Below are positions 51,591 to 64,000 of a stretch of DNA of 64,000 bases, one piece after another; the first letter of the stretch is position 1; every line of letters starts with the position of its first letter. The stretch covers positions 92,494,898-92,558,897 of the forward strand of contig JASCQW010000132.1 of NCBI GenBank assembly GCA_030264375.1, in the 5' to 3' direction. The translations under genes were made by a program, and so were the position numbers. The notes beneath the pieces are model-generated. The model was given only the letters and a program-made list of their open reading frames with translations, ran no database searches and was not told the origin of the DNA. The DNA is from Carcharhinus longimanus. Lineage: Eukaryota.

Positions 51591-54500
51591 GATTAGACTG
51601 AGATTCCAAAGAGGCATTTCTCCTTCCTAATTTCGCCTTCTACGAGGAAAGCGACCAGGGCAGAATGCAGAGGTAAAATAAAACTCAAGTTCGAGTTTGG
51701 GAGCAGACACTTTGGTACAGTTTTAACAGGCCGGACAACTTTGCAAAACTAAATGGGACGTTTAGTTTCAACTTAAAAAGAAACTAACTGGAATTAATGT
51801 TCATCATTTATTTCACACACAAACATACACACACACTTACTATCATATTCTCACTTGTGTGATCTACATGCTTTGTACAGAGGGTGTCTCAAGAGATTAT
51901 TGTTGGGATACCAAGGTGAATGTTTGGATTTAGTTCAGCGAAACAGATTTGTCTTAATTCTAAGAAGAATGCAGCTTCTATATGAACACGGACCTGTGTA
52001 TGCGAGCCCTAGGAAAACGAATTGACTGTTGTGGACCAGCTGCAATATAAAAACAAAGTAATAAAATGTGCGCATGCTTTAGATTAGGAAGCTTTCAGTG
52101 GCGCTCACTATCAATCACAAGTATTGGGTATATATATTTTTTATCTTCAGTTACAATGGGTAGGAACCAGCCTGGTTCTTTTGTAACTGAACCTTCCGTC
52201 GGGGGGTGAGGTGGGGGAGGTGGGGGGGGGGGGATTTTGCGCGACAATTCTCTAAACAATGCCTGCTCATCACCGCTTAGGGCACTGAAACTTGTCTATA
52301 TAAAAGGCAGATTAAAACCTACATCTCCACAATAAATCCCTGTTTTGCCCCCCCCCCATAAATAAAGATGAGTAGTTCCCACCCCACCCTCCACTATCCC
52401 AAATGGAGAGCATGCATGTAAATATCCAAGCTGGATTTCATTCTCATAAAATGGCTGCTGATGGGCTCAAAGGCGTTTTTGTGTTAAATTCATAATCGCC
52501 ACCAAAATAAGCAAGTGTGATTGAATTCTGTTTAGAATGTAAAGTTTGTACCTTTTTTTGCCGTGGTACTCTCTGTATAAACACTTTACCGTTGAAAACA
52601 TAGCTTGGAATAATACGATTTTTGAAAACAGTTTACTTTATGCTTGCTGAAGCAATCCGTGAGTGTTTACTTGTACTTGACATATTGTGCGTCGTCATTT
52701 GGAAATGCAGTTTTTACTTTTAACTTTTGAAAGAGGAGAGATACTATCCATGATGGCATACTTGAGCACAAAGTATTGTAAATATTAGGCTCTTTTGGTA
52801 CAATATGAATGTGTATTTACAGTTTTAAATAGGATTAGGGTTTTAAAAACTGCTGCTCATGCGTCTATTATTTTCACGGATTCCTTCAAGAGATGACAAG
52901 TTTGCAGTACTTACAATAATGAAGCCATCTTTATCCGTGTGAACCAAAGACAGAAACTTATTTTCCTTGAACACATACGTGTTTTATTGCACAATGGTAA
53001 CATTTCCTGTACTTCACCGTATAATCTTTTTATAGGCCGACATAGCTATAGGCCGCATTGTACAACTATCGCCTACCCGTTACCTGATAACATATACCAG
53101 CCTTTAAAAATTGTTCTCTTTATTATACCAATTTAATTTAAATGTTTCTTTGTGGCCATTACCCTCATTAAAATAGATGATTTCCTTGTACTTTTCACAC
53201 AAAACGACAGACGACAGTGGCTGAGTGTTTGCCTATGCCTTTTTTTGGGTGGGGGCGGGGGGGCGGGGGGGTAGGAGGATTATTTTAGATTAATCTGAAA
53301 AACACTGAGATGTATTAAGAAGATTTGAATATGCACCGCAAACCGTGGTGCTTTTTACATTAAACATTGAAATTTTGAAAAGAAATGCAAATTCCTTGAA
53401 GGGGAGGTCTTAATCAAATGCTGTTTAATTAAATGTGATGCCGACATTTGCTTAACATTTGTATATAATTTATATTTATCAGTTTGATTAAAAGAGTGTA
53501 AGATTTGCATGTATACTGTTCAGAGAGCGCACAGTGGGATGCAAGGTGGAAATTCTGCTTGTTCTGGAGGACGATCAATGTAGGCTTCTTCAACTTTGCT
53601 GGGTATTCAAGGCGAAAACTAAAACACATGCAAAGAGCTGTATTAATGTGCATTTCATGTACGTAATAAACAATCATTAAAGCTGGATAACATTCCACAT
53701 CATTCTATATACATGGGTATGCTTTTCTTTAGTTCACTTCCTGGAAACTTGGAAATTCAAATTAGATTTTGGGCAATGTAACACCAGTTCGCTTCTTAAT
53801 GGCAGAATTGAACACAACTTGACGAAAAAAAGGTTGAATTACCAGAATTCGGATTAATTTAAATCTAATTTATTTTGCAAAGGCAAATGTTGATTCTGAA
53901 ATTTGGATAATACGGCGAATTTAATTTCCCTTATTGGCAAACATTCCATTGTGTTTGATTGGGTTTGTAGGGGCCCTAGTTTAGCATTGACTATAATCGC
54001 TTTCGTTTGTACTACAATATTTTTTAATGCCAGTTTGTATTCTCTTTTCCTGCTTGTTTCCTGGCTTTGAACTTCTGTTGCGCCATGGACGTCACCTCTA
54101 ACCTTGGGGGTCGGGGGGTGGGGGGGGCGGTGGTGGTGAAGGGATAATCAGGCCTGATGCTTCTACACACTGGTTAGACTCCCGCCGGAGGTAGCCGGAA
54201 CCCGATACAATTTGTAAGAGTCTGATCAAGAGTTCGAGCGAATTATGATCTGGCATCATGGAAGTTTAATGTTGCATGCAAGGTTGTTTTAATAATGGAT
54301 GATACTGGCTGTGATTAAAGATTTGAGCGTAGCTTTTAGCTTGATGGAAGAGGGAGTTGAGATCAGCGTTGTGCCGGATTAAGGGGCTGTGGCATTCAAA
54401 GCAAATGACAAGGGATCGTCTCTGTTGCTGTGGTTACTAACAGCAGGACAAGCTATAAAGCCCGTTTAATGTGGCTCTTTGCGTATTTGTAAGAAAACCG

Positions 54501-56726
54501 CAGTATATTTAGAATTCCAAATGCGGTGGACATAATCAAAGAATTCGATTTTAGCTGTTCTGACGTTCTAGGTAACATTTTGCGTCCGTTCTTGGTTTCT
54601 GTAGCTGCCACACTAGAGAACTGTGACAATGAATTAATTCAAAGGACGTTCAGTCCACATGGTGGCGCCATTTAGATCAATGTCAAAGCCGCTGTAGGGC
54701 AGCAAAAAATCCATAAGCAGAAATACTTGGTCCATCGTTTTTCCAAAGCAGGAGTTCCAAAAGAAATATGTTCGTTTCTTAAATCCGAATCGAATGCTGA
54801 AGAACTTCGCAAGGTAAATTAAATCCAATAGGCCCGGAATATCTCAAAAGAGCTCCCAAATAATCGTTTTTGTTAACAAAGGTAGGTGAGTGGACTCCAT
54901 GTAGACACAACATGGAGGTTTTATTCGACCCAAATCCACATAATAGTTTAAAGATTTTTCAACCCGCTGGATAAATATTAGGACACTAGTGTCAACGAAA
55001 TAAATATCACAGATGTAATGTCTCAGCTAATGTAGCAATTAAAGATTAGAGAGCTGAAAGGTCCGTTTGAAATTTCTTTCATTTCGTCGGGAAACCCTCT
55101 GGGAAAGGGGGGCTGCCCGGTTTCATTTCACAGCAGACGGGAATGGAATTTTCCAATGTAGGATAGTCGATACGATAAAGCTTACCGTTTAAGTAATACA
55201 CTTTGGTAAGCCATTTTATAGCAGTAACAATATGAAATGCATATTGAAAGATTTGCTGGCCATGAAAGAAAGATTTGGTTCAGGAGTTAAGCTTTTACTT
55301 TAAATTTCCGTTTAATCCTACATTTTCTGTAGCACACTTTCACTTTTACAAAGTATCAACAAAACGCCATCATGAAAAAAACCGGCATGCCTGTTCTTAG
55401 AACTTGATGTGCAATGTTAAATTAAACTGGTTTCCAACAACCCGGGCACTTTGCATCTTCATGACGCGAATCCCTAAATGATCATATGTGTTATTTAAAA
55501 TCTCAGATAAAGTTCAAATATACTTACCCGTTGATCTTGGGCGTGGGGTTCAGTGTACAGCGCGTTTCTGTAAGTTGTCTGCTGAATTTTCTTGGGTATC
55601 TTCCGTTTATGGAAAAAAAACAACCCTTTATTTAAAGGAATAATCCATTCTGGCTTTAGCTTTATCTGTTTCTTAAATATCGATTGAAACTTAAAACTCC
55701 AATTGAACCGCTGAGATTGCTTGATGCATTAATTTGAGATTTGCCGCTTCTATGCCAGATCGGGCAATGCTTGTTTCGCATCAATTCAAAGTTAACTTTA
55801 AAATTTAAAGAATCATTGCACTTGTTGCAAAGAACAATTTTAGAGATATTGTTTTTTAAAAATCGATGGAACGCCAGCTTGTTTCTAATGCATGTACCAG
55901 ACGAAATTAAACGGTTAAATCAGGAATGAATGGAATGTATATTTACAGAGTATTTTCCTGCATACTTTTCATTCAAACGTTTACTTTTCTTTAAATATGG
56001 ACGACTAAATAACGAAGGCATTTAACTCGAAATAAATAGCCTCAGATAATGCAATGGGATGCAGAACATTTGACAGAAAATCATTTTAGCTCTGGATTTA
56101 TTAACTAAACTTAAACGCGATTTTAGAGCCGTTTTGAAGTAAATTTGTTGTGAACATTATACCTGTTGGTCTTAAATTGCATGTGCAGGAAAACAAATCA
56201 AAATTGTCCTGTAGAACATCTCTTTCGGCAACGTTTCCCTCTAATAAACTGCCTAGCTAAAGTTACCCGAACAAATTATATGCAACAACTATTATTGTGT
56301 TCATTTTTATGTAGTATATGCATTGGAAGTAAAATGTGTATATAATGTATTTTTGTTCACTGTGCTTCCGTGTATACATGTGTAAATTTACGTGACTGTG
56401 TTTATCTAGTGAAAGATTTGGTTTTAAAAAAAAGCTACGCATGAAATGCTGCCTGGTTTTAATCCGATTTTTTGCTTTAGTTAAATCGCAACTTAGTTTC
56501 TAAACCCGAATAATGATCAGATTGTAGATTTGCAATATATTTTCTCCCTCTCAAATAATCTTTGTTTTAGACGATATGACAAAACCGACATCTTCCAATT
56601 CTTACGGTGCTTGTTATTTTAATAAAATGTTAGCTAGTGTTCGATGCATGCTATAATCCCATCTAGAATCAGTATAACCTCAATATTTAATGCATCTGAG
56701 CTAGAAGCTGAGGCAAATTCAGCTCA

Positions 56727-56745
56727 TAGCGCCCCCTGGGTCTAG
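56727..56745 (-). promoter_or_regulatory. candidate CTCF site between HoxA11 and HoxA10
   Basis: Minus strand reads ctagACCCAGGGGGCGCTa, a strong match to the CTCF core sitting in AT-rich surroundings. Confidence 0.65.
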
Positions 56746-59700
56746 AATCAGCTCTTGCACAACAGCACACAAGTGATTCATTTTGGTTTTCCTTGCTGTA
56801 AAGGGTTTAATCTGGCATTGAATAACTAAATTATTTTGATAATCAGAAGTTAATAAATGCAACTAATAAGAGGGTTCTGTTTCTGCGGGCAGTCGTTACC
56901 TTTACTTCCACAATAACCCTATATAGCCAATGGTAGCCTATCTGTAAGAGGTTATATATTTAAAAAGAGACGCCTTCAGCAATCTCCATTTACTTCTGCT
57001 CGGAACATAACATTACATGTTCCAAAAAGCGTCTCATAGGTAACAATTGCCAAAATAGAAACATCTAAAATGTATGCAAGTATGAAACAGTTCGTTAAGT
57101 AGGTCAGGGGTTTCTTAAATCCCCCCAAAAAACCGGAGAAACAGTGATGATTTTACACGTGAGATTGCCAACACTTTGCAACTGTGAAGAATGAATAAGA
57201 AACAGTAAGAGGAACCAAAGAACAAACATTAGCCCCGACCTGCCGCTGTGAGCTTCAATTTAACTGTTCGGAAAATAGAACCGTCTAGACATCTCAAAGT
57301 TAATTGCACATTCATCGATTTTTTTTAGATTAGCTAATTTCTTCTTTTGCGATTTCAGAAAAAACGCACGGCAACCGCTTTTCATTTTGGGCAGCTTGTT
57401 AAATTTTATAATCATTCATATTCAAGGGCATTTTCGGGTTAGCGCCCTAACACGTTACTTTGCATGCAAACTTTCGCAGTGTAACAACTGAGCTCCGCAA
57501 GAGAAATAATAATGTGCGTTAACAAATATTTCGCTAAAGAACAGCCTTGTTTCCATAGCACTGAATTGCCAAAAAAAGATAGGCCTGGTTACAGTAGGTC
57601 CTTTGTTTAGAAGAAGGAAATGTAATAGTGAAAGGTTAACGTTTACTTTATTCTGGATCATTGAAACTATATATTAAACAGAAATAGCATGTGCACACTT
57701 CATATTTGAAGACGTTACGCTGCATTTTGTTGTAAGACATTAGTCATTCCGTTATGTTATTGAGCGATTTTAGATTGAGCATTGATACCACAAATCCTTC
57801 TTTGTTCTGAGGTATCAAACTATTGAATGAAAGCGTTCCAATCAGTGCAGCTCTACACAGGAGACTAATGTGAGAAATTTGTTGTAATTGTATATTTTAC
57901 GCCGAGACTTTATTTTCGATGTGGCACATAACATGGGCATTCTTTTGGTTTGTGACCTGACCCCCGCTGCGTCACCTTCACCGTGGCCTAAGTGACTGAA
58001 TCGCAGTACTTTGGGGGTGTTAGCTGGGGGGTGGGGGGGTGGCGGAATAAACCCAATGGACAATTCAGTCAGCGGATTTCAATAACGCTGTGCACCAATT
58101 TACATAGAATAACGCCAAATAAAATCAGAATTCGTGAATCTGATTATAAATTATATAAATTAACATCAAGTTATCTTCCCAAATAAACCGCTCCGTATTT
58201 CAACAAAATCCAATCAAAACCTCTTTAATTCTAAAGCGACATGGAAGGGTATATCTGAGCGTGTCGGCGCTTTTCTGTCTTTATGTTCATGTGTTTTTAA
58301 TGCATGGTTTCTGCAAATGTGAACATTTTTCACCTGTATTCTTTGAAGGGAAATTAGCGTTTGAATCATTGAAAGACTTCTTTTTTTAAAAGGGAAACCG
58401 GTATCAACGTGTCATTCATAATACTGCACAGGAAACAATTCACTCTATTCAGCCTAGATAATAGATTTTAAACCCTGACAACAAGGTTCCCCCCCCCCCC
58501 CAACACACACCCTATTTCCATCGGAACGTTACTTTGAATTGCTGGAAAAGTTTTTAATTGAATAGCTTTGAGTTACACAAACTGTTGCTGATATATAAAA
58601 TGTGTAAATGGTTCCAGTTTTCACCAGGAGCGTAAACCATCAACTTCACATTTAGAACGTTTACCTTGCGAAATGTTATGCATTGTTCATATTCGGACTC
58701 GGTGGATTCATTTCGAATCACAAACTTCCATCGCTATCCCTTTGTTTTCATTGCTTAAGTGGTTTCCTAGTAGATAATTGTAGAAAAAGTAAAATTGCTG
58801 AACGGAAATCTCTTAAGATAAAACAAATGAATGCATTCATACTTTACTCCAGACATTTCCACTGATTTGTTTAAGCAAATATGTTTTATTATTTACTGGG
58901 ATTAATATTATCATACCAACGCGTGTTAAACAGTCATGTGCCCATTTCTGTTGTACTTTATGTTCTAATCGGTCTTGCTGTGAACGGTAGAAGTTTTTCG
59001 CCCTGCTTACTGATTCGATTCCCGTTTCTTTCTGTTGAATGCATCTGTTAAAAGATTGTTTAAGCAACACTGTTTGCTTCTCTCAGTTTTAAACCATCTT
59101 TTGTTTAGTCTGACCTTCAAAACTATTCATCGTTTTCCCTGCAGTTGAGTGCGGTTGCGACAATTTAACAAATTATTTAGAATGATAGATTTGAGATAAA
59201 GGAAGCTTGAAGCGATTCCACCATGGACAAGTTGTTTGCCTTTTGACTTTAACGCTCTTGACTGCGATCTGTGTCCTTTAGATTGTGCTTCAAGAAGAAA
59301 CTCTGTATAAGGTTCCCATTGGGAAACGTTTAAAAATTAAATCCAGGTCTTTTTGCTCCTTTTTTAATGTACTTTGTGTTTTAAACTTTAGATGTAAAAA
59401 AAAGAAACACTAATACCGTGGGGTTGTCAGTCTTCAGTGCTTTTATCCATAAATAATTTGCACACATTCATAAAGTTTACTTTTTAAAAAGGTCCATCTG
59501 CAAAACCATTGTGATAGCCAAACTGTACATGGGTCTCAGATGACTGTAAACTCTTTTAATATATAGCAAGTAAAAAGGGCGCCATTGTTTTCAGATTTAT
59601 TTTTGACGCACAAAACACTTATTTCTCTTCGAACCAGCTAGCGAATCATGAATAATTATATATTTTAAAAGCAAAAGGGCATATATGTTAAAATAAAGTC

Positions 59701-62700
59701 CTCAATGGCAAGTACTAGCTCTAGTTGCTAGACTGAAAAGAACTCGCTGCGCACATACAATGGCGCGTACACTTGAAGAGTGGGGCGATTTAAAAAAAAC
59801 TTCACAAAGTGTTTCATACATTTTGTTAATGAAATCAGAGGCAAATAATTGCAAGTAAGCTCACTCCGAGCGGAAAAAGATGGATAAATGAGACTTCTCT
59901 TTGGATCTTTATTTAGGAAAGCACAGTGAAAGACACATTCTGTCTGACTTTCAGTCTTAAGTTCACGATCTAGGCTAAGAACGAGCTCGAGTTCTGAGTG
60001 CGGTCAGCCTGCTCTGTTCAGGCTTTGAAATCACTTATTTACCAGAGAACCGCCGCTCACTCCACTGATTTCTATCTTCGCTCTTTCACCGCTGGCAGGA
60101 CAACATATCTTCTACCTCGTTCAATGCAATGTTTCAAGACGTTTGTTTATTGCTGAAGCGCTGAAGGAGAAATGGAGAAATCATGTAATAACCACGATCA
60201 ATAGAGTTTGGAGATGAGAAAATTGTCTTCGTTGTTCTTTCTTATGTCAAGGGGAATATGTTAAACGCTAAAATAAATGTATAACATGCGGGTTTAGGCG
60301 GGATCTATAAAGCTTTTTCTTATATATGTATTTTGTGATGTTACATGATCAAGCGATTTTTCTGCCCCTACCCTTCCTTGGTGGAGTTAATCATATTTCT
60401 TGACTGCTAGCAATGTCGTAATTAGAACTTACGGCACCTTAGAAATTAGGAAAGAAACTTTTCGCCAGCAAATGCTTCCTGCTTCAATTACTTCCCAGAG
60501 CGTGGCTTTTTAATGTATACAGGAGTCACACGGCCCTCGCCCCGTTCCTACCAATAAAGTTCGGAAAGGGCAAGAGTGCCCTTAGAAACTGCAGCAACCA
60601 ATCTACTATCCACATTACAGTTTTACTGGGAAATTGGGTTATAAACATTTAAGCCCAACACTACCAAAAAAGTACACGAATAAAATTACCCAAACATGGA
60701 ATCAATGATATATTTACCATCAGAACCCAGATAAATAGCCTGCCTTCAACACATAAACGCGCTGCTAGTTAGCATTGTACAGTAGCTTGAGTCTTTATAT
60801 ATGAGACTCTGGTATAGATGACAATTGTTATTTCCCTCCCATTAAATCTCCGTATGCTCCCATGATCATACGTGTCATAGGCACAGTGGGACTGCAAAAG
60901 GGAAATTTTCTTTTTTTTTGATAAAGTTTTTTTTATAGGGTTTCTAGACGACCCTGATAATTCTAAGCAGTTGCTAAAAAAAACATGCAAGAATAAGGAA
61001 TCCTCTGAGGCGGCCTCTTAGCAAACACGCTGCGTGCAAAGCCGGCCTTCATATCCCGCTGACTTTACCACAAACGATATTTTCAATAACCTGCTTTAGA
61101 TTAGCAACATTTTCTGAGCTTCAATCCAGCGCCAGGAGTTAAAATAACAACAATGGGGATGGTAGTGTAGAGATGAGGCTTGCTGATTTTGGGGGGGTGG
61201 GGTGGGGGGGGGGCGGAATTCGAGGGCGCTTTAAAATGACCTCGCAGTAAAACGCAGCAACGCCAGAGACTGAAGATTAAGTCCTTTGTCACTGTGAAAT
61301 CACACTGTTTACTCCCGATCCCAACCTAAAGGCTACTTCTCCGGGCGTCATTATTGGCTGCACTTGATTGCAGAGGTGGCCGAACAAAATACAACTAACA
61401 AGTCGCCTGTTCGGAACCGCATTGATATCTGTCACATTGTACATAAATGCCACAAAATCATTAATTCGAAGAAAAACTATGCGCATACATTAATAAACAT
61501 ACACGTTTCCTTTAGTCAAAATGTTACTTTTTGGGGATGTGGTGGTGAGCTAGCATACTCCTTAATTTCTTTATCGCAACTTCTACCGGCACCAGTAATA
61601 GGCATAAAAGTGTCACTTTGTCTATATTTGTCTCTGAACCCTACCTCGTTCCGAAAAAAAAGATTCACAAACCGAAGATCCCTCTTCCCTGCTGAAACAG
61701 TCAGGGTAATTGCAGTTTTATTTTCTGACTTTATTTTCTAAAGTTACCTTTCGGATAGGGTGGCGAGAGAAACTCTGGATGAAGCTTCTGTTCGGCGCCT
61801 TATTTCAAATTTGACCGGTTTGTTGAGCGCCTTGTAAAATTCTGTTTAACAATGTTGTTTCCCCTTTTTGAGACGAAATGATTAGATCGATTTTATGGAT
61901 GTGTTAAATGCTGTCTACTGTAGCCCAACCAGCGGAAGAACACATGGTTAAAACATTTTGAAAGAAATGTTTCGATTTCTTGAAATGGCAAGTATGAAAT
62001 ATCAGAAATGGTCAAGGTTCAATCAACTTCTAATATGCAATGCTGGCGAAATAGAAGAGGAAAGATAATAAATGGGTTATGTTACTTTATTAGTTTGTTG
62101 TCACTGACCTTCTACACTTAACCTACAGAGCTACAGCACGTTGCATTAACCTACTAAACTTTAGACTACAAACATCAAACCAGAAATGCAATCTAGCGGC
62201 TGTAAGTTCCGACCATGCGTCACATAATAGTACTGGAAGTAACAATCAGCAAAGCCCCAGCGTGGATCACAATTATAGTGATCACTGTGGAAATGTAGCA
62301 GCAACCGGCAAACTAATCACAGGCAGACCCGTGAAAGTCAAGATTACTCATGTTTTCTCGCCTGTAGCCGCCAGGGAATCTTAGTGTGTGATTATAATTG
62401 CCTAATATTGGGCTGAAACTTTCCTTTTTTTACCAACTTCATCTGTGAATAATTTAAAATAATAAACGGATTGCTACTATGACTCAGTAACGCCGCGTTA
62501 AGTCTTGCTGAAAGTTCTGGTGATAGCCTGTTACACATTGGAGCCCCGCTTTTATTTTATTTGAAGGACGTGATTCTAATAAAGTAGAACCGAGTAAATA
62601 AAGATGCATTTAGACGCTTTTGCAGTTTACCGATTACATATGGTGACCTTATTGCAGTTGTAGTGACGCAGCCCTCCATGGAGGAGGGGCTTGTGTCCAA

Positions 62701-62779
62701 CTGTGCCATTCGATTGGCTCATCCCGCCTGTCGTGCTGCGGAGGTATCTCTAATCATATTCAGCGTGTTTGCACAAGAA

Positions 62780-62791
62780 ATGTCAGCCTGA
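62780..62791 (+). other. minimal uORF (MSA*) in frame with HoxA10
   Basis: ATG TCA GCC TGA, starting 51 nt (17 codons) upstream of the ATG at 62831. Confidence 0.6.
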
Positions 62792-62830
62792 ACTGGATAT
62801 CTTCTGCTTTCGCCAAATTACCCCACAACA

Positions 62831-63204
62831 ATGTCATGCTCAGACAGCCCGTCTGCAAACTCCTTTTTAGTAGATTCTCTGATCAGCGTGGGCCGTGGCG
62901 GGGAAGGAACCTATTACCCCAACAGCAGCGTGTACCTGCCGCCTGCCTCTGAGCTCCCTTACGGCACCCAGAACTGTGGACTTTTCCCATCTCTGAGCAA
63001 ACGCAGCGAGAACAACTCTCAGAGTATGGTCCTGACTTCTCATCCTTACATGAGCGGGATGGAAGTCTGGTCAGAACCCCCAAGGTCCTGTCGCATGGAG
63101 CAACCTGCAACCCAGCAAGTAGCAGCCTGTTCCTTCCCCCAGAATATCAAAGAAGAGAATGCATACTGTTTATATGATTCTGAGAAATTTCCCAAAAGAG
63201 CAAC
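62831..63204 (+). CDS. HoxA10: homeobox protein HoxA10, exon 1 (partial; continues into N gap 63205-63630, homeobox exon beyond the window)
   Basis: MSCSDSPSANSFLVDSLIS..RG...YYPNSSVYLPP..ELPYG.QNCGLFP.L.KR...PPRSCRMEQP...CSFPQNIKEENAYCLYDS is characteristic of HoxA10. Its position follows HoxA11. Confidence 0.93.
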
Positions 63205-64000
63205 NNNNNNNNNNNNNNNNNNNNNNNNNNNNNNNNNNNNNNNNNNNNNNNNNNNNNNNNNNNNNNNNNNNNNNNNNNNNNNNNNNNNNNNNNNNNNNNN
63301 NNNNNNNNNNNNNNNNNNNNNNNNNNNNNNNNNNNNNNNNNNNNNNNNNNNNNNNNNNNNNNNNNNNNNNNNNNNNNNNNNNNNNNNNNNNNNNNNNNNN
63401 NNNNNNNNNNNNNNNNNNNNNNNNNNNNNNNNNNNNNNNNNNNNNNNNNNNNNNNNNNNNNNNNNNNNNNNNNNNNNNNNNNNNNNNNNNNNNNNNNNNN
63501 NNNNNNNNNNNNNNNNNNNNNNNNNNNNNNNNNNNNNNNNNNNNNNNNNNNNNNNNNNNNNNNNNNNNNNNNNNNNNNNNNNNNNNNNNNNNNNNNNNNN
63601 NNNNNNNNNNNNNNNNNNNNNNNNNNNNNNGAATTTATACATCCAGCACTCAGAAACGGGTAGACGTGGCAGGTACAGCCAACAAGCGTAACAAAGGGGG
63701 TTTTATTCTGACCTTGTGAACTTTTAATTTTTGGGCGTGAGCTATGCTGTAAAAATTAATGCCTACTATAGTTTATAGCACGGGCCCACGCTCCGGAGTC
63801 AATTGTAGCTACATTCTAAACTTGTCAGATAAGTTACAAACCACGAATCCTTTCTGCAGTTATTTAAGCGGACCGCATAGAAGGACATATTTGCACACAG
63901 GGTCCAAAGTAAACACAGCACAGCCAATAAATAATACTCAAAGGGATCCAGTGATGTTTTATGTTCCAGCGCTCTTTTTGAGAAAAAAACATACAAAAAG

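Noticed and set aside
63205-63719. ORF-track extension of HoxA10 across the gap, with donors at 63660 or 63673
   Set aside because: The frame across 426 Ns is unknowable, and the post-gap sequence may already be intronic. The exon end cannot be called.
1-64000. Evx1, miR-196b, CRISPR arrays or prokaryotic systems
   Set aside because: I found no Evx homeobox and no miR-196 mature sequence (expected between A10 and A9, beyond the window). No regularly spaced repeat array was seen, and the DNA is clearly vertebrate.

Overview
Vertebrate genomic DNA, almost certainly from a cartilaginous fish (shark-type SINEs and LINEs, compact Hox proteins without poly-alanine tracts), covering the 5' (posterior) end of a HoxA cluster. 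All genes are on the + strand. Positions 1 to about 23 kb are a dense mosaic of decayed transposons (CR1, Rex1/Babar and L2 LINEs, HE1/V-SINEs, DeuSINEs, Harbinger transposase and Myb remnants, Penelope-derived inverted repeats, MITEs). From about 23 kb on I see essentially no interspersed repeats and CpG becomes visibly more frequent. This part holds intact two-exon HoxA13 (35866-37188) and HoxA11 (49462-51590) and the start of HoxA10 (62831 into an N gap). Manual translation reveals two fossil Hox genes missed by the ORF track. One is a HoxA14 pseudogene upstream of HoxA13, with the split homeobox typical of group 14 (about 29210-29514; possible exon 1 near 26.2-26.6 kb). The other is a colinear, heavily decayed Hox12-like remnant exactly in the empty A12 slot (about 43290-44100). 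All three intact genes carry an upstream AUG close to the main start, including an in-frame stop inside the HOXA10 N-terminal-extension homologue. Candidate CTCF sites lie between A13/A11 and A11/A10. Comparisons with other species are from memory and need alignment. Repeat boundaries are approximate, and several N gaps limit what can be seen.
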